Assembly (NCBI GenBank): GCA_038087875.1
Contig: CM075993.1
Span: forward strand, 6,078,001-6,142,000
Length of the DNA: 64,000 bases
Source: Malacoraja senta
Lineage: Eukaryota
Direction of reading: 5' to 3'
Shown here piece by piece: positions 11,301-24,143 of this stretch. Under the pieces are notes generated by a model that was not told the origin of the DNA, did no database searches, and saw only the letters and a program-made list of their open reading frames with translations. The position numbers were made by a program, and so were the translations under genes. How positions within the stretch are numbered: position 1 is the stretch's first letter; each line of letters starts with the position of its first letter.

Positions 11301-14300
11301 GATTCCTTCCTCGACCGTGATGACCAGAATTACACACAATACTCCAAGTGTGGCCTAAACACTGCTTTGTGAAGTTTCAACATAGCATCCTGAGGTTTAT
11401 GATCTCCGCCCTGCCCTATTAGGGCAAGCATGCCAACCGCCTTCACCGCCCTATCCATTCCAGTTGCCACTTTCAGCTGGGAATGTGCAAGAGTGCAGAC
11501 GTTTACATAGCGCGCCAACAATATCGGGACTGCAATATCTCTACCTGAATTCACGTGTTGTGTGACGTTGCCACAGACGTTCCTGTACCCTGCGCCTCTC
11601 CTCCTCATTCACCTTTTGTTTGTCACTTGCTCCAAGGTTTATCAGACAAATTGTGTCGTACAGTAGATTGTCCTTCACCTCTCTGTCCAGCCTGGAGTCT
11701 GTAGTAAAACTGGGGGAATGGTTCACCTGGAAAGCAGAATGCAGGCATGGCATTGGTACAAAATTAAAGGTAACTGCAATTGCCCTCAAAACATCCGTGC
11801 TACGATGCAAGTAGTTCACGGCTCCCGATTCTAATCACTATCCTTCGGACAACTCAAAAATTCCATCCACGGCTTTTTTCGGCACTTCTATACTGACCCT
11901 CCACTATTGCTTCTGACCGTTTGGCCGAAAGCATGTAGTGCAGCCAGAGATATCATCTCCCTTTTAAAACCTGTTCTCATATTAACAGGGCTCAATCCCT
12001 CCCATTGGTCCCTAAACTATAGGGGCCTTTAGAGTATGCATAAGGAACTGTGGATGCTGGAATCTTGAGCAATGCTGGAGTACATCTGAAGGTCTCGACC
12101 CCAAACATTGCCTATCCACATTCTCCAGATCAGTCTGAAGAAGGGCTTCGACCCCAAACATTGCCTATCCACATTCTCCAGATCAGTCCGAAGAAGGGCT
12201 TCGACCCAAAATATTGACTATCCACATTCTCCAGGGCAGTCTGAAGAAGGGTCCCAGCCCAAAACATCACCTATCCATGTTCTCCAAAGCAGTCTGAAGA
12301 AGGGGTTCGACCTGAAACGTTGCCTATCCACATTCTCCAGAGCAGTCTGAAGAAGTGCCCCAACCCCAAACATTGTCAATGCATGTTCTCCAGGGATCCT
12401 CAGTATCAGCTAGACTCAATGGGAAGCTGAAGTCTCCCACCTTAGAGGCAGAAGGCTGTGCGGTCAGGTATTCCTTCGGAAACAGAAGCACTTGATCCAG
12501 ACCGTCCCTGCAGTACAGAGGGAGTGCTACACTGTTGACAGTTAGGTGAAAATACAAAAGGCACGTTTCAGCAAGGTGGGTTGTGCGAACATTGGCAGAG
12601 CCCAAATGTTATTTCAAGCCAGTGGAGTCTCACCCAGATTCCTGAGCCAACCGCACAGGCGGTGCGGTGGCGCAGCAGTAGAGTTGCTGCCATACAGCGC
12701 TGAAGACCCGGGTTCGACCCCGACTACGGGTGCTGTTTGTACGGAGTTTGTACATTCTCCCTGTGACCCATGTGGGTTTTCTCTGAGATCTTTGGTTTCC
12801 TCCCACACTCCAAAGACGTACAGGTATGTAGGTAAATTGACTTGGTACAAGTGTAAAATGTCCCTAGTGTGTGTAGGGTAGTGTTAATGTGCGGGGATCG
12901 CTGGTTGGTGCAGACTCGGTGGGCCTGTTTCCGCGCTGTATCCCTAAACTAAACTAAGATAACGTCAAAACAGATACAATGGTCATTCACGTCATTACCA
13001 CTGCCCTCTGTGGACCCTGGTGTCAGACTTTCCTTGTCATTTAACCCACCTCCAAGAGCCATGGTTTCAAATTACGATCCATCAGAATATCGAATCCTAA
13101 TATCTCAAAGCAGGCACAGCCACAGAGATGGGTGGAGAAACAAGTCCTGTAATTGTGCTTCAAGATCGGATAGGCAGATATTAGCGTTTTAACAATGACG
13201 TCCTCGATGTCCGTCCAAACCTTTGGCACGTCGTGGCCGTGATCTGTCAACCATTTGTTTAGTGAAGACAGTTTCCTGCATAATACAGAACACAGCATGG
13301 GTGAACTAATACAAGGATGGATAAAGAGTGCATTCATTTTAACTTGGAGACTAGGCTTGTATTCACTGGAGTTTAGAAGGATGAGGGGGAATCTTATAGA
13401 AACATATAAAATTATAAAAGGACTGGACAAGCTAGATGCAGGAAAGAAATTCCCAATGTTGGGCGAGTCCAGAACCAGGGGCCACAGTCTTAGAATAAAG
13501 GGGAGGCCATTTAAGACTGAGGTGAGAAAAACGTTTTCACCCAGAGATGTGAATTTGTGGAATTCCCTGCCACAGAGGGCAGTGGAGGCCAAATCACTGG
13601 ATGGATTTAAGAGAGAGTTAGATAGAGCTCCAGGGGCTAGTGGAATCAAGGTATGTGGGGAGAAGGCAGGCACGGGTTATTGATTGGGGACGATCAGCCA
13701 TGATCACAATGAATGGCGGTGCTGGCTCGAAGGGCCGAAATGGCCTCCTCCTGCACCTATTTTCTATGTTTCTATGACTCAAGGAATTGCAGATTCTGGT
13801 TTACCCAAAAACAGAGCGGGTCAGGCAGCATCTCTGGAGAAAAGGAATAGGTGACATTTCACGTCGAGATGCTTCTTCAGACTTAGTCAGGGGGAAAGGG
13901 GAACGAGAGATATAGACGGCAAATGAATGAAAGATATGCAAAAAGCAACAATAATCAAGGAAATATAGAGCCCACAATGGTCCATTGTTGGCTGTGGGGT
14001 AGGTGATAATGTTATACTGACAGTGAAACGCAACAGGACGACAATGAAACTAGTACAATGACGGATGGGAAACGGAGATGGGGGTTGATGCGGGAAAGAG
14101 GGGAGATGCAAACATCTTCTATATGATGACAGAGAGGCACAAAAGACTTCAGATGCTGGAATCATTGGCAAAACACAAAGTGCTGGAGGAACTCAGCGGG
14201 TCAGGCTGCATCTGCGGAGTGCATGGACAGACGACGATTCGGGTTGGGGCCTTTCTTCAGACACCTTTATGATGTTGCATATCGATTAGTTTAGTTTAGA

Positions 14301-17300
14301 GATACAGCGCGGAAACAAGCCCTTCGGCCCAACGAGTCCATGCCGATCAGTGATCCCCTCACATTAACACTATCCTACACCCACAAGGGACAATTTACAT
14401 TTACCAAGCCAATTTACCTACATACCTGTACGTCTTTGGAGTGTGGGAGGAAACCAAAGATCTCGGAGAAAACCCAAGCAGGTCATGGGGCGAACGTACA
14501 AACTCCGTACAGACAGCACCTGTAGTCAGGATCGAACCCGGGTGTCTGGCGCTGCAAGGCAGCAACTCTACCGCTGCGCCACCATGCCGTCCCCGATTGT
14601 AAAATGGTTTACAGTAAGATTTCCCTTCCCAGCCCATTTAGGTACCTTTTGCTGCTGCTGTCCCCATCTCTGACGAAGTTCTTGCTATGCTTGTTGATGG
14701 CATAGTTTGTCAAGTGCATGCAGATGTCATCCTGTCATCAACAAATAAAAATGCTTCATTGATTTGGGAGAACGGTGTCACAAGCTCCCTCATTGCATTC
14801 ATCCCTCACTCACTTTGTAACCCCCGCCTGACCATTAACCCTTCATGATCTCTGCAAACCGCAAGTTCCAGTCATCTTCACATCCCACATCTTTGCCATT
14901 GTTGATTTGGTCTTTAGACTTTAGAGATAAGAGTGGAAACAGGCCCTTTGGCCCACTGGGTTCACACCGACCAGCGATCCCCTCGTAAACTAACACTATC
15001 CTACACACCAGTACAATTTACAGAAGCCAATTAACCTACAAACCTGTTGTATGTCTTCAGAGTGTGGGAGGAAACCAGAGCACCTGGAGAAAACCCACGG
15101 GGTCACAGGGATAATGTACAAACCCCATACAGATAGCCCCCGGAGTCAGGATTGAACCCGGATCTCTGGCGTTGTAAGGCAGCAACTCTGTGCCACTGTA
15201 CCGGCCCTGGGTCTCCAATTATATTGGTTCCAAACATGTGAGCAATTTTGAGCACCATATCTGAGAAGCATATGCTGGCACTGGAGATTATCCTGAGGAT
15301 GTTTACAAGAATGATTCAGGAATGGGTAGGTTAACATATGATGAGCCTTTCACGGCACTAGGCCTATATTCGCTGGAGTTTAGAAGAATGAGGGGGGGGC
15401 CTCATTGAAACGTACAGAATATTAAAGGCTTGGATAGAGTGGATGTGGAGAGGATGTTTCTACTGGTGGGAGAGTCAAGGACTAGAGGTCAGAGCCTCAG
15501 AATTAAAGGACGTTCTTTTAGGAAAGATGAGGAGCAATTTCTTTAGTCAGAGGGTGGTGAATCTGTGGAATTTTTGCCACCGAAGGCTGTGGAGGCAAAG
15601 TCAGTGGATATATTTAAGGCAGAGATAGATAGATTCTTGATTAGTTGGAGTGTCAGAGGTTATGGGGAGAAGACAGAATGGGGTTAGGAGGGAGAGATAG
15701 AGAGAGGGAGATCAGCCATGATTGAATGGCGGAGTAGACTTGGCCGAATGGCCTTATTCTACTATCACATGAACATGTGAATTTTTATTTCTTCTCCCCT
15801 CTCTGACATCTCACTTAGAAGCACCTTAAAACCCTCTGCTTGCACAATGCTTCATGTTGCCTGTCCTAACAGCTCTTTCAATACCAAGGTATCAATGGTA
15901 TCTAAAACTGAATAAACTTCAGGTGTTTGCAATCCAAACCCAAAACAGCAAGTGCTGCAATACTCAATAGGTCAGGCACTATCTGTTGAGACAGAAAAAC
16001 AAAGCTAAGGTTTCAGCTCAAAGACCTTTCTGCCCAAATGCACATGTCCATCAGCAAATTACCGGCAGTCCCCCTCTCCTGAGGCACTGGTTCTCTGTGC
16101 CAATGACAGTATGTCTTGGCCGTGATGCCCCCATAGTAGAACTAAGTTATAGAATGTTGAACCTATTAGCTATACATTATTATAAATGTGAATCACATAG
16201 ACCCTGGGGGCAATAGGTAAAGCTTGAATCTATATTATCACTATTTCAAAAGTATGGCATCCACTGATTTTAACAGATTTTGCTGTGCGTATCTGGAATT
16301 CAGTTACCTACGAGGTGATGGTGGTATAAAAAGACCTTTCCAAATCTTCAGACTCCCAAAGTATACACAGCATAAATTAACGAGGGAGAATATTATTTTT
16401 AATTGGCAGGATTCCAGTTATTTCGGATATTTGATCACCCAAACATTATAATAACGAGGGAAATGGTGAAGCCAGTTAGTTGTTGCGCGTGGCTTCATTG
16501 CCCAGTGACATTCACCATCTTCTGGTCGAGAAGAGTAACCAGAGCAACAAGAGCAAAATGCTGGTACAGCTCTCTACCCTGGTGTCAAACTCCTCACTGG
16601 GGCAAGTGCCACACCAGATTGTAGACTCCAGGATGAACCCTCTGGGTGATAATAGTAGGTGCCACACTGATGGAAACATCATCATTGAATAGTACATTAA
16701 ACCACAGGCGCTGTATTGATGCATAAGCATGGAAGAGGCCATGGAAATTCTGGCGCCTTGGCTATTTTTCTTTACCCTTCAGCCAACTATCTCAAGAGAT
16801 GTTGTCCTCATGTTCTCCTGAGATGTTGCCAGACCTACTGAGCTACCGTAGCGCAACGTGTCTTCATTTGTAAGCCAACACCTGTAGTTCCTTGTTTCTA
16901 CATTTCTCTGCTTCCCTGTGAAATCTCCTCAAGGTGTGCCAACTTTGAAGAACTTCTCTTCCTTTCTGGTTTGAAGAAGGGTTCCGACCAGAAATGTCAT
17001 CTATCCATGTTCACCAGGCATGCTGCCTGACCCGCTGAAGTACTCCGGCACTCTGTTGTCTTTAATAAACCAGCATCTGCAGTTCCTTGTTTCTATCCTA
17101 AGAGATTGCCTGATGGTTGTTGTGTGAGAGGCAACAATGTTCTTTGAGGCCACATATTCTACTTTAAAGCAATGATAAGTATTCCATTGGCTATAAAATG
17201 AAAGGCTTAAGGATCTTTTCATTCCCTCTGCAATGACAGTTTACTGTAACAAAAGGCGTAGTCATCATAAAGATGTATTTTAAAGAACTTAAGCTTTGAT

Positions 17301-20300
17301 GTAATACAATATTGTACAAGCAGAAATCAAAAGTTACCAAGTTGCTGTTGGAGGGCTCATTGTACTTGCTTGTTGCAAACCTTGCCAGACCTTCATTATA
17401 AATATAAATCCGAAAGGGATCACAGGATGTCACCAAGACGTAGACACGGAGATCAAATTTGAAACCATCTATGAGGAAAGGCTGTGAAAGGAACAATGAT
17501 TACTTTGTCAAACAGGTTCTAATGGAGTGTATCAAATATCAATCACCTTCACAGCAAATAACTTGCTCAGTTTAGAGATATAGCATGCCCTTCGACCCAC
17601 CGAGTCCATGCTGACCATCGATCTCCCATTCACACTAGTTCTATGTTATCCCACTTTCTCATCCACTCCCTACCTTAATCATATTTCCTGGCTTCCAACT
17701 GTAGAAAGGTTCAGTAGAGGTGGCCTTTCATCGTCGTGTTAATTAGATAACCCAGTGACTAAGCACTGATGGAGGAAACTTGAGAACTCTCAAACTTAAA
17801 TCATAGACCAGGGAGTTAAGGGCCAAATGTCAGACTGTTGCTTCACCAGTGTATGTGACAACTCCCCCAGTTTAGACACCCGATGTTCACGAGGGGAACT
17901 ATACAAAATCAATTGGTCAATGCCATCTTTATTCCCTCTCTAATTGAACATAGCGGTAATGGTGCAACAGAGCTTGCAACAGCGCTTCAAAGAGCATTTA
18001 GCGTCAACACATGGGATGTGCCTGGTCACACACGGGGCGGCCAGGAAAAAGAGGGCAGACTATCTCCTCTGAAGGACATTAATGAACAACATGGGATCTT
18101 AATGGCCATAGCTTTCATGGTCATCTTTATTAAGAGTGATAAATATTCTCCCATTCCAAAGTCCAGGTTATTAGCTGAATTTAAACCGCACATCTGCAAC
18201 GGTGGGATCTGAACTCTGGATTACTACTCTGGTAATTAAACCATAATCGCAAATTGAAGTTACTAAGTATAAAAACAGGAGGGGTCACGACTTGGAATCA
18301 ACCCTGGCAGATGACATATTGCTATGGGTCCATATTGCTTACCTCTAATTTCCCTCTCCCCTGACTCTGTCTGAAGAAAGGTCTCGACCCGAAATGTCAC
18401 CTATTCCTATTCTCCAGAGATGCTGCCTGTCCCACTGAGTTACTCCAGCATTTTGTCTCTATCTTTGCTATGCAGCCACAATGCAGATTTAGCTAAACAC
18501 GGCCATAAAGGCACCACAGTCCGGCTCAGTGCTGATGGAAAGCACGAGTGTGGTCAAAGTTTAGCTTATATTTAGTTTAGTTTAGAGATACAGCGTGGAA
18601 ACAGGCCCTTCGGCCCACCGAGTCTGCGCCGACCAGCGATCCCCGCACATTAACACTATCCTACACACGCTAAGGCCAATTTACACATACACCAAATCAA
18701 TTAACCTACATACTGTACGTCTTTGGACTGTGGGAGGAAACCGAAGATCTCGGAGAAAACCCACGCGGTCACAGAGAGAACGTACAAACTCCGCACAGAC
18801 AGCACCCATAGTCGGGGTCGAACCCGGGTCTCTGGCGCTGCAAGCACTGTAAGGCAGCAACTCCACTACTGCGCCACCGTGGCTGCCCGTGCGGTTGGAC
18901 AGATGACTAGGTTTGGATGTGATGAATATCAGGGAGGAATTGCCTCCTTGGTCCAGGCCCACATTGAATGACTAGTGACCGGTTCAGACACAGAGTGCTG
19001 CCATCACCCTCAAGGGATGGAAAGTGGAAGGAACATGACTGCTCCAATACCTTGGAGATGTACTGTTGGCAGATCAGTCGGTCCCCGTGTTTAATCTCCT
19101 TTAGATTTCTGGTGATGAAGATCCCTCGGCCCTGACACCCACAGTCTGGTTTACAGATGTACGTCTTTGGCTTCTTCATCCTGCTGTAGGCTTGAAAATC
19201 GCCAAAGCTGCGCAGAGTACAATAGAACATTGAGATCACGAGATGAATGTCAAAATATAAATGAGAATTAGGTCACAATTAAATGTAAAGAATCCTCTAA
19301 CCGGAAGATACAAGCACCAATTCAATCAGACCTAGTCTTTCAAACAGCGACCAAATCCCACGAAGCTAATAGTGCACCAATTCCACCCAGTTGCCAGACA
19401 CCCCTAACAATACTGGATACAGAGTGCTGGAGTAACTCAGCAGGTCAGGCAGCACCTCTGGAGGACATGGATGGGCGACATTTCAGGACAGGAACATTTT
19501 TCAGACAGTCTGAAGAAGGGTCCTGATTCGAAAAGTCACTATCCATGTTCTTCAGAGATGCTGCCAGACCTGCTGAGTTACTCCAGCACTTTGCATCCTA
19601 TCATGTAAACCAGCATCTGCAGTTCCTTGTTTCCATACCTTAACAAGATAACATTGTCCCCAAGAATCTCCAGGCGAAGATTGACCACTGATGAGCAGGA
19701 ACTGCTCAAGTAGGAGGTCAATATTCCTCAAATATTAATACCAATGAACTATAGTTTAAGTGCTCACTGCCTGTGGGACCTTCTAGAGCACTCACCTAAA
19801 TAACAAAGGTGAATGTGCCTCCAATGCACTGTTGTCTGTGAGGTGCTGTGTGATCCCAGAGAAATGTGATGAGACTCCAGGTAAAAATACAAGCCCTTTC
19901 TTTAATGAAACAACCACAGAGCATTATCTGTACCTACACTTAATTTTAAGAGCACTCACTCGGCAGGTAAACACCATGTACGGGGGAAGATGTTATATTC
20001 CTTTGGGAAAAGCTTCAACATCCTGTTCAAATTCCGGGCCAATAGGTCCTTCCTGCAAATCTCACTCATTCCTGGAAAGTGATTAATTTTCTGCAGAGAT
20101 TAAAACATTAGAAAGGAAACTATCAAAGACTGCTGCACCCACCACGTAACGAAAACATGAAAGAAATTCAGAGCTGGAAATACTGGGAAGAAATCAGCTA
20201 CGATCTGAGCTGACGTTCGGTGGCGCAGCGGTAGAGTTGCTGCCTTACAGCGCTGGAGACCCGGGTTCGATCCCGACTACGGGTGCTGTCTGTACGGAGT

Positions 20301-23300
20301 TTGTACGTTCTTCCCGTGGCCGCATGTGATTTCTCCGAGATCTTCGGCTTCCTCCCACACTCCAAAGACGTGCAGGTTTGTACATTAATTGGCTTGGGTA
20401 TAAATGTAAAATTGTTCCTAGAGTGTGTAGGATAGTGTTAATGTGCGGGGATCGCTGGTCGGTGCAAACTCGGTGGGCCGAAGGGCCTGTTTCCACGCTC
20501 TATCTCTAAACTAAACTATCTGAGCCCAGACCATCGTCTAGTTTTAATTCTCTGAGCAAAGATCAAGGTGAAGCTGGGGAGACAGACTTAGGGACACGAA
20601 GCTTCAGTTCTGTGGTGTGTTTACACCACTTTAGACTTTAGAGATACAGCGTGGAAACAGGCCCTTCGGCCCACCGAATGCGCACTGACCGACGATCAAC
20701 CTGTACACTAGCACTACCATAGGGACAATTTTGAATTTATAGAAGCCAATTAACAAGCCTGTATATCTCTGGAAAGTGGGAGGAAATCGGAGCACCCAGA
20801 GGAAATCCACGCGGTCACAGGGAGAACGTACAAACCTGTACAGACAGCACCCGTAATAAGGATCGAACCCGGGTCCCTGCCATTATAAAGCAGCAACTCT
20901 ACCGTTGCGACACTAAACCTCCCACTCATCTGAAGATTATTATTTCAGCCCTGACCTGAAAACGCTTCATTTCCATGACCTTTTCATGAGACACGGACGT
21001 GTCCGTCCAGTACAATATCCACTCCTCATCCTCTCCAACCTCCTTCAATCCATATCGGCGAGTTGCACGGCGGACTAGAACACAGGGTAGAGACATAGAC
21101 TATCGTCATAAGGTAGAGACAGGGAGGCAGTGGTAACTGTGAAAAGACGCAAAGTTGGAAAGAGAGGATTAGGAAAAGACAAGGTGCAATTAAAGACAAA
21201 GGATAAATAAAATATTCAGAAGAGTGAAGCATAAAGAAAAGGAGATAAGGAGACAAAATATTCTTGAAACTATCTATAAGTTAGCTTAATAATTTTGCAT
21301 TGTAAGCAATGTAAATGCATGTCATTATTACATTTGCTAAGTAGATTAAATGATCAAAACAGAGCACGGATCAAATCCAGGATAGTAAGAAATTGGACAA
21401 ATCTACATTGAAGATAGACACTAAGGACTGGAGTAACTCAGCAGGTCAGGCAGCATCTCTGGTGAAAAGGAATAGGTGACGTTTCAGGTCAAAACACTTC
21501 TTCAGACACTCCGACCTGAAAAATCACCTAGTCCTTTTCTCTAGAGATGCTGCCTGACCTGCTGAGTTACTCCAGCACTTTGTGCCTTTGTTTGTAAACC
21601 AGAAATCTGCACTTCCTTGTTTCTATTAGGAGAATTCTATTGTATGTTTCTTTATCTGATCATCATCTACGGGTTAATGAGGGAATTGGGAATTAATGAG
21701 AGTTGATAATTTTCTGCCAGGCAGTCTCTGTGTCTGGTCATCAGCAACACACAATGAGCAGGAATCACAAAATGGCCCAAAGTTGAAAAAGCATAAGCAA
21801 CACGCACCATCAAAGCTTACGTACAGTTAATCAAACAAGACACAAGAGAAGGGCTTGATGCCAGAGGAATTCCACCCAAAATACCACCTCGGGAGAGTCA
21901 ATATAACTAGAGGAGAAAAATCATGTCTGAGTGAGTCTTCCCTACCCACTAATCCCTTAATTACATTAGAACCTACCACTTTCATACTTGCAGTTGATTA
22001 GGTTGACTCCAATACACCTGCAAAATGAGAAGGAATAATGATTTCAATAATATTAACCACAGGACCCTGAGATATACTGCAAGTTAGACACATTGGTGTA
22101 ATGTTTAGTTTTAGTTTACATATATACAGCATGGAAACAGGTCCTTTGGCTCACAGAGTCCACACCGACCTTTGCTCACCAGTTCACACTAATTCTATGT
22201 TATCCCACTTTCCCACCCGCAACCCACATGAGGCCAATTAACCTACAAACCCGCGTGTCTTTGGGATGCGGGAGGAAACCGGAGCACCCGGCGAAAACCC
22301 TTGCGGTCACAGGGAGAACGTGCAAACTCCACACAGACAGCACCCGAGGACAGGATCGAACCCGGGTCTCTGGCGCTGTGAGGCAGCGACTCTACCAGCT
22401 GCGCCACTGAATCGTTCTGGGATTCATTATCCCTGGGATACAATGCCTAGTGTGTGTAGTACACCCGAGTTTCAGTGGTTGCTGTGAGGGAGAACCACTG
22501 AGATATAGTGATCCATGTGGCGGTCACAGAGGCGCAAGGGCAGTCACGGTGGCACAGCAGTAGAGTTGCTGCCTTACAGCGAATGCAGCAATGGAGACCC
22601 GGGTTCGATCCTGTAAAATGACTTGGTTCCTACACAGAGTCTTTTACTGATGGTTTATTATAATCACTAACACACACTATGCAATAGCTGTCCGTGGTCA
22701 TCACTGGAGCTAGAGAGCGAGCTGGAGGTGGGGACCTTACAATTATACGAGAGACAATGGGGAGTGGTTAGGTCACTAAGTTAAAGGAACATGCACTGAT
22801 CTACATCCCTCCTCTTGGAAACAAAAACATGGCAATACACAGAGCGACCACGGCTCATACGCTAGGATTACAAACCGCGCTGGGAACAGTTAATCGTGTC
22901 ATAACACAGCTAAGCGAGCTCCCCTTAACGGACAGGCGGCTTGACCAACCGGCCAGAGCGGGTGCCCAACCCGCATTCCCCCTCAACCGCAGGAGCAGAA
23001 GGGACAGAGTCAGGGAAAGAGGTGGGAGAGCCGGGCGGGGAACGAACCGGAGACGGAGGAGAACAGCGAGGCGAAACGGGCACGCTGGCAGGCAAGGCAG
23101 GGGAAAGAGGCTTGTGAGCGCGGGGCATAGAGAGCTGGGAGGGCAGTTTCCGCGACATCCCACTTCTGACACCATGTAAAATGACTTGGTTCCTACACAG
23201 AGTCTTTTACTGATGGTTTATTATAATCACTAACACACACTATGCAATAGCTGTCCGTGGTCATCACTGGAGCTAGAGAGCGAGCTGGAGGTGGGGACCT

Positions 23301-24143
23301 TACAATTATACGAGAGACAATGGGGAGTGGTTAGTAGTGGTGAGGTCACTAAGTTAAAGGAACATGCACTGATCTACAGATCCCGACTACAGGTGCTGAC
23401 TGTACGGAGTTTGTACGTTCTCCGCGTGACCAGCGTGGGTTTTCTCCGAGATCTTCGGTTTCCACCCTCCAAAGACATGCTGGTTTGTAAGTTAATTGGC
23501 TTGGTAAATGGAAAAATTGTCCCTAGTGGGTGCAGGATAGTGTTAATGTGCGGGGATCGCTGGTCGGCGCGGACCCGGTGGGCTGAAGGGCCTGCTTCCG
23601 CGCTGTATCGATAAGAGAGACCCTGTGTTGTGCTGGTCAGTGTGTGTATGAAGGCCCTGTGATGTGCTGGCCAGTGTGTGTGTGAGAGACCCTGTGATGT
23701 ACTGGTCAATGAGGGAACACACACAAATGTAATTATTCATTCAAGGTGGATGATGAATTGTCAATGTGTAGGATCAGGGTGGCAAACAATTTGCAAACCA
23801 CATTGGGAAAAGTACATATACGGTGAATGTATCACACACGCCTCTACCTTCTCCTCCTCCTCTTTTTCTTCTTGGTTGGCTCCTCTTTAATGATGGTCTT
23901 CCCTTTGCTTCTCTGTCTGAGTGTGTAGAGTTGCTGTTTGTAAAGTGCGTCTTGCTCCTCCAGCTCCTTCTGCGGCTTGACGCAGGGCGGCAACTCTCGG
24001 CTTGTCACGTTTCTGGCCTCCACGTTCCCTTTGTTTGGAATTGATTCAGATTCATCCTCCGAGTCCTCACTCTCTTCCTCATTCTCTGCTTCCTCCTCAG
24101 CCGATTCCCCCTCAGAATCATTCCTGCCTTTAGGTGCATTCAT
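8133..24143 (-). CDS. TTLL13: Tubulin polyglutamylase TTLL13-like (TTLL6/13 family), multi-exon; 3' exons beyond 8133 unresolved
   Basis: Exons 24143-23848, 22017-21977, 21074-20956, 20090-19960, 19207-19051, 17481-17338, 14731-14646, 13275-13050, 11726-11545, 10366-10178 and 8301-8133 are all GT-AG and phase-consistent (1740 nt, 580 codons, no stops). TTL motifs: [83 protein letters not shown]. TTLL13 is preferred over TTLL6 because of synteny with GDPGP1 and CIB1. Confidence 0.88.
8790..9260 (-). mobile_element. Rex1/Babar-type LINE 3' fragment
   Basis: NKAHQHLYFLRRLRRF..VESIL motif. Confidence 0.7.
10178..10366 (-). CDS. TTLL13: TTLL13 exon (REQYENY...FKQSGSLFQETVASRAREECA)
   Basis: 189 nt, TTLL6/13 motif SLFQETxASxAREECAR. 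Confidence 0.93.
11545..11726 (-). CDS. TTLL13: TTLL13 exon (VNHSPSFTTDSRLDREVKD...)
   Basis: 182 nt, ttccag acceptor, GTAGAG donor. Confidence 0.95.
12085..12394 (+). repeat. 53-bp tandem array (about 6 units) of the pLTR hammerhead-like core
   Basis: CAGTC(T/C)GAAGAAG recurs at 12131, 12184, 12237, 12290 and 12343, plus a partial first unit. Confidence 0.85.
12665..12957 (+). mobile_element. HE1/V-SINE-type SINE
   Basis: Same family. Confidence 0.85.
13050..13275 (-). CDS. TTLL13: TTLL13 exon (KLSSLNKWL...KPWLLE)
   Basis: 226 nt, catalytic GFDILMD/PWLLE region. Confidence 0.95.
13345..13776 (+). mobile_element. CR1/HER1-type LINE 3' fragment
   Basis: [38 protein letters not shown], then 3' UTR and tail. 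Confidence 0.85.
14287..14590 (-). mobile_element. HE1/V-SINE-type SINE
   Basis: Same family. Confidence 0.85.
14646..14731 (-). CDS. TTLL13: TTLL13 exon ([28 protein letters not shown])
   Basis: 86 nt, HLTNY motif. Confidence 0.93.
15208..15780 (+). mobile_element. CR1/HER1-type LINE 3' fragment
   Basis: Degenerate ORF2 C-terminus and tail. Confidence 0.75.
17338..17481 (-). CDS. TTLL13: TTLL13 exon ([19 protein letters not shown]...SNL)
   Basis: 144 nt, AG/GT flanks. Confidence 0.95.
18571..18882 (-). mobile_element. HE1/V-SINE-type SINE
   Basis: Same family. Confidence 0.85.
19051..19207 (-). CDS. TTLL13: TTLL13 exon (FGDFQAYSR...ICQQYISK)
   Basis: 157 nt, lies within ORF 18907-19239. 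Confidence 0.95.
19960..20090 (-). CDS. TTLL13: TTLL13 exon ([43 protein letters not shown])
   Basis: ctgcag acceptor, GTGAGT donor, 131 nt. Confidence 0.95.
20218..20518 (+). mobile_element. tRNA-derived HE1/V-SINE-type SINE (representative of about 20 copies)
   Basis: A-box TGGCGCAGCGG, B-box GGTTCGATCCC, V-domain, LINE-like tail GGGCCGAAGGGCCTGTT and (CTAAA)n. Confidence 0.85.
20956..21074 (-). CDS. TTLL13: TTLL13 exon (RRATRRYGLKEVGEDEEWILYWTDTSVSHEKVMEMKRFQ)
   Basis: AG/GT flanks, 119 nt, conserved WxLYWTD. Confidence 0.92.
21977..22017 (-). CDS. TTLL13: TTLL13 exon (CIGVNLINCKYES)
   Basis: tttgcag acceptor, G|GTAGGT donor; 41 nt. Confidence 0.9.
22612..23378 (-). mobile_element. Miniature non-autonomous LTR retrotransposon (TRIM-like) nested in a SINE
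   Basis: LTRs at 22612-22805 and 23175-23378 (TG...CA), 5-bp TSD GATCC, tRNA-Leu-type PBS TGGTGTCAGAAGTGGGAT at 23174-23157, PPT at 22816-22806. Confidence 0.92.
23848..24143 (-). CDS. TTLL13: TTLL13 first coding exon (acidic N-terminus, then KKKKRRRR)
   Basis: ttacag|aATG acceptor; AG|GTAGAG donor, phase 2. Confidence 0.8.

Noticed and set aside
12085..12394. Regular short repeats resembling a CRISPR array
   Set aside because: No unique spacers, eukaryotic context, and the units derive from the Penelope terminal repeat
13041..13683. 210-aa ORF suggesting a TTLL-LINE fusion
   Set aside because: Chance read-through from an antisense CR1 fragment into the 226-nt exon, which has its own acceptor at 13277-13276
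20218..20290. tRNA-like sequences with A and B boxes
   Set aside because: Heads of HE1/V-type SINEs, each followed by a SINE body and tail; not tRNA genes
22829..23179. ORFs on both strands inside the miniature LTR element
   Set aside because: No gag, protease, RT or integrase motifs; low complexity
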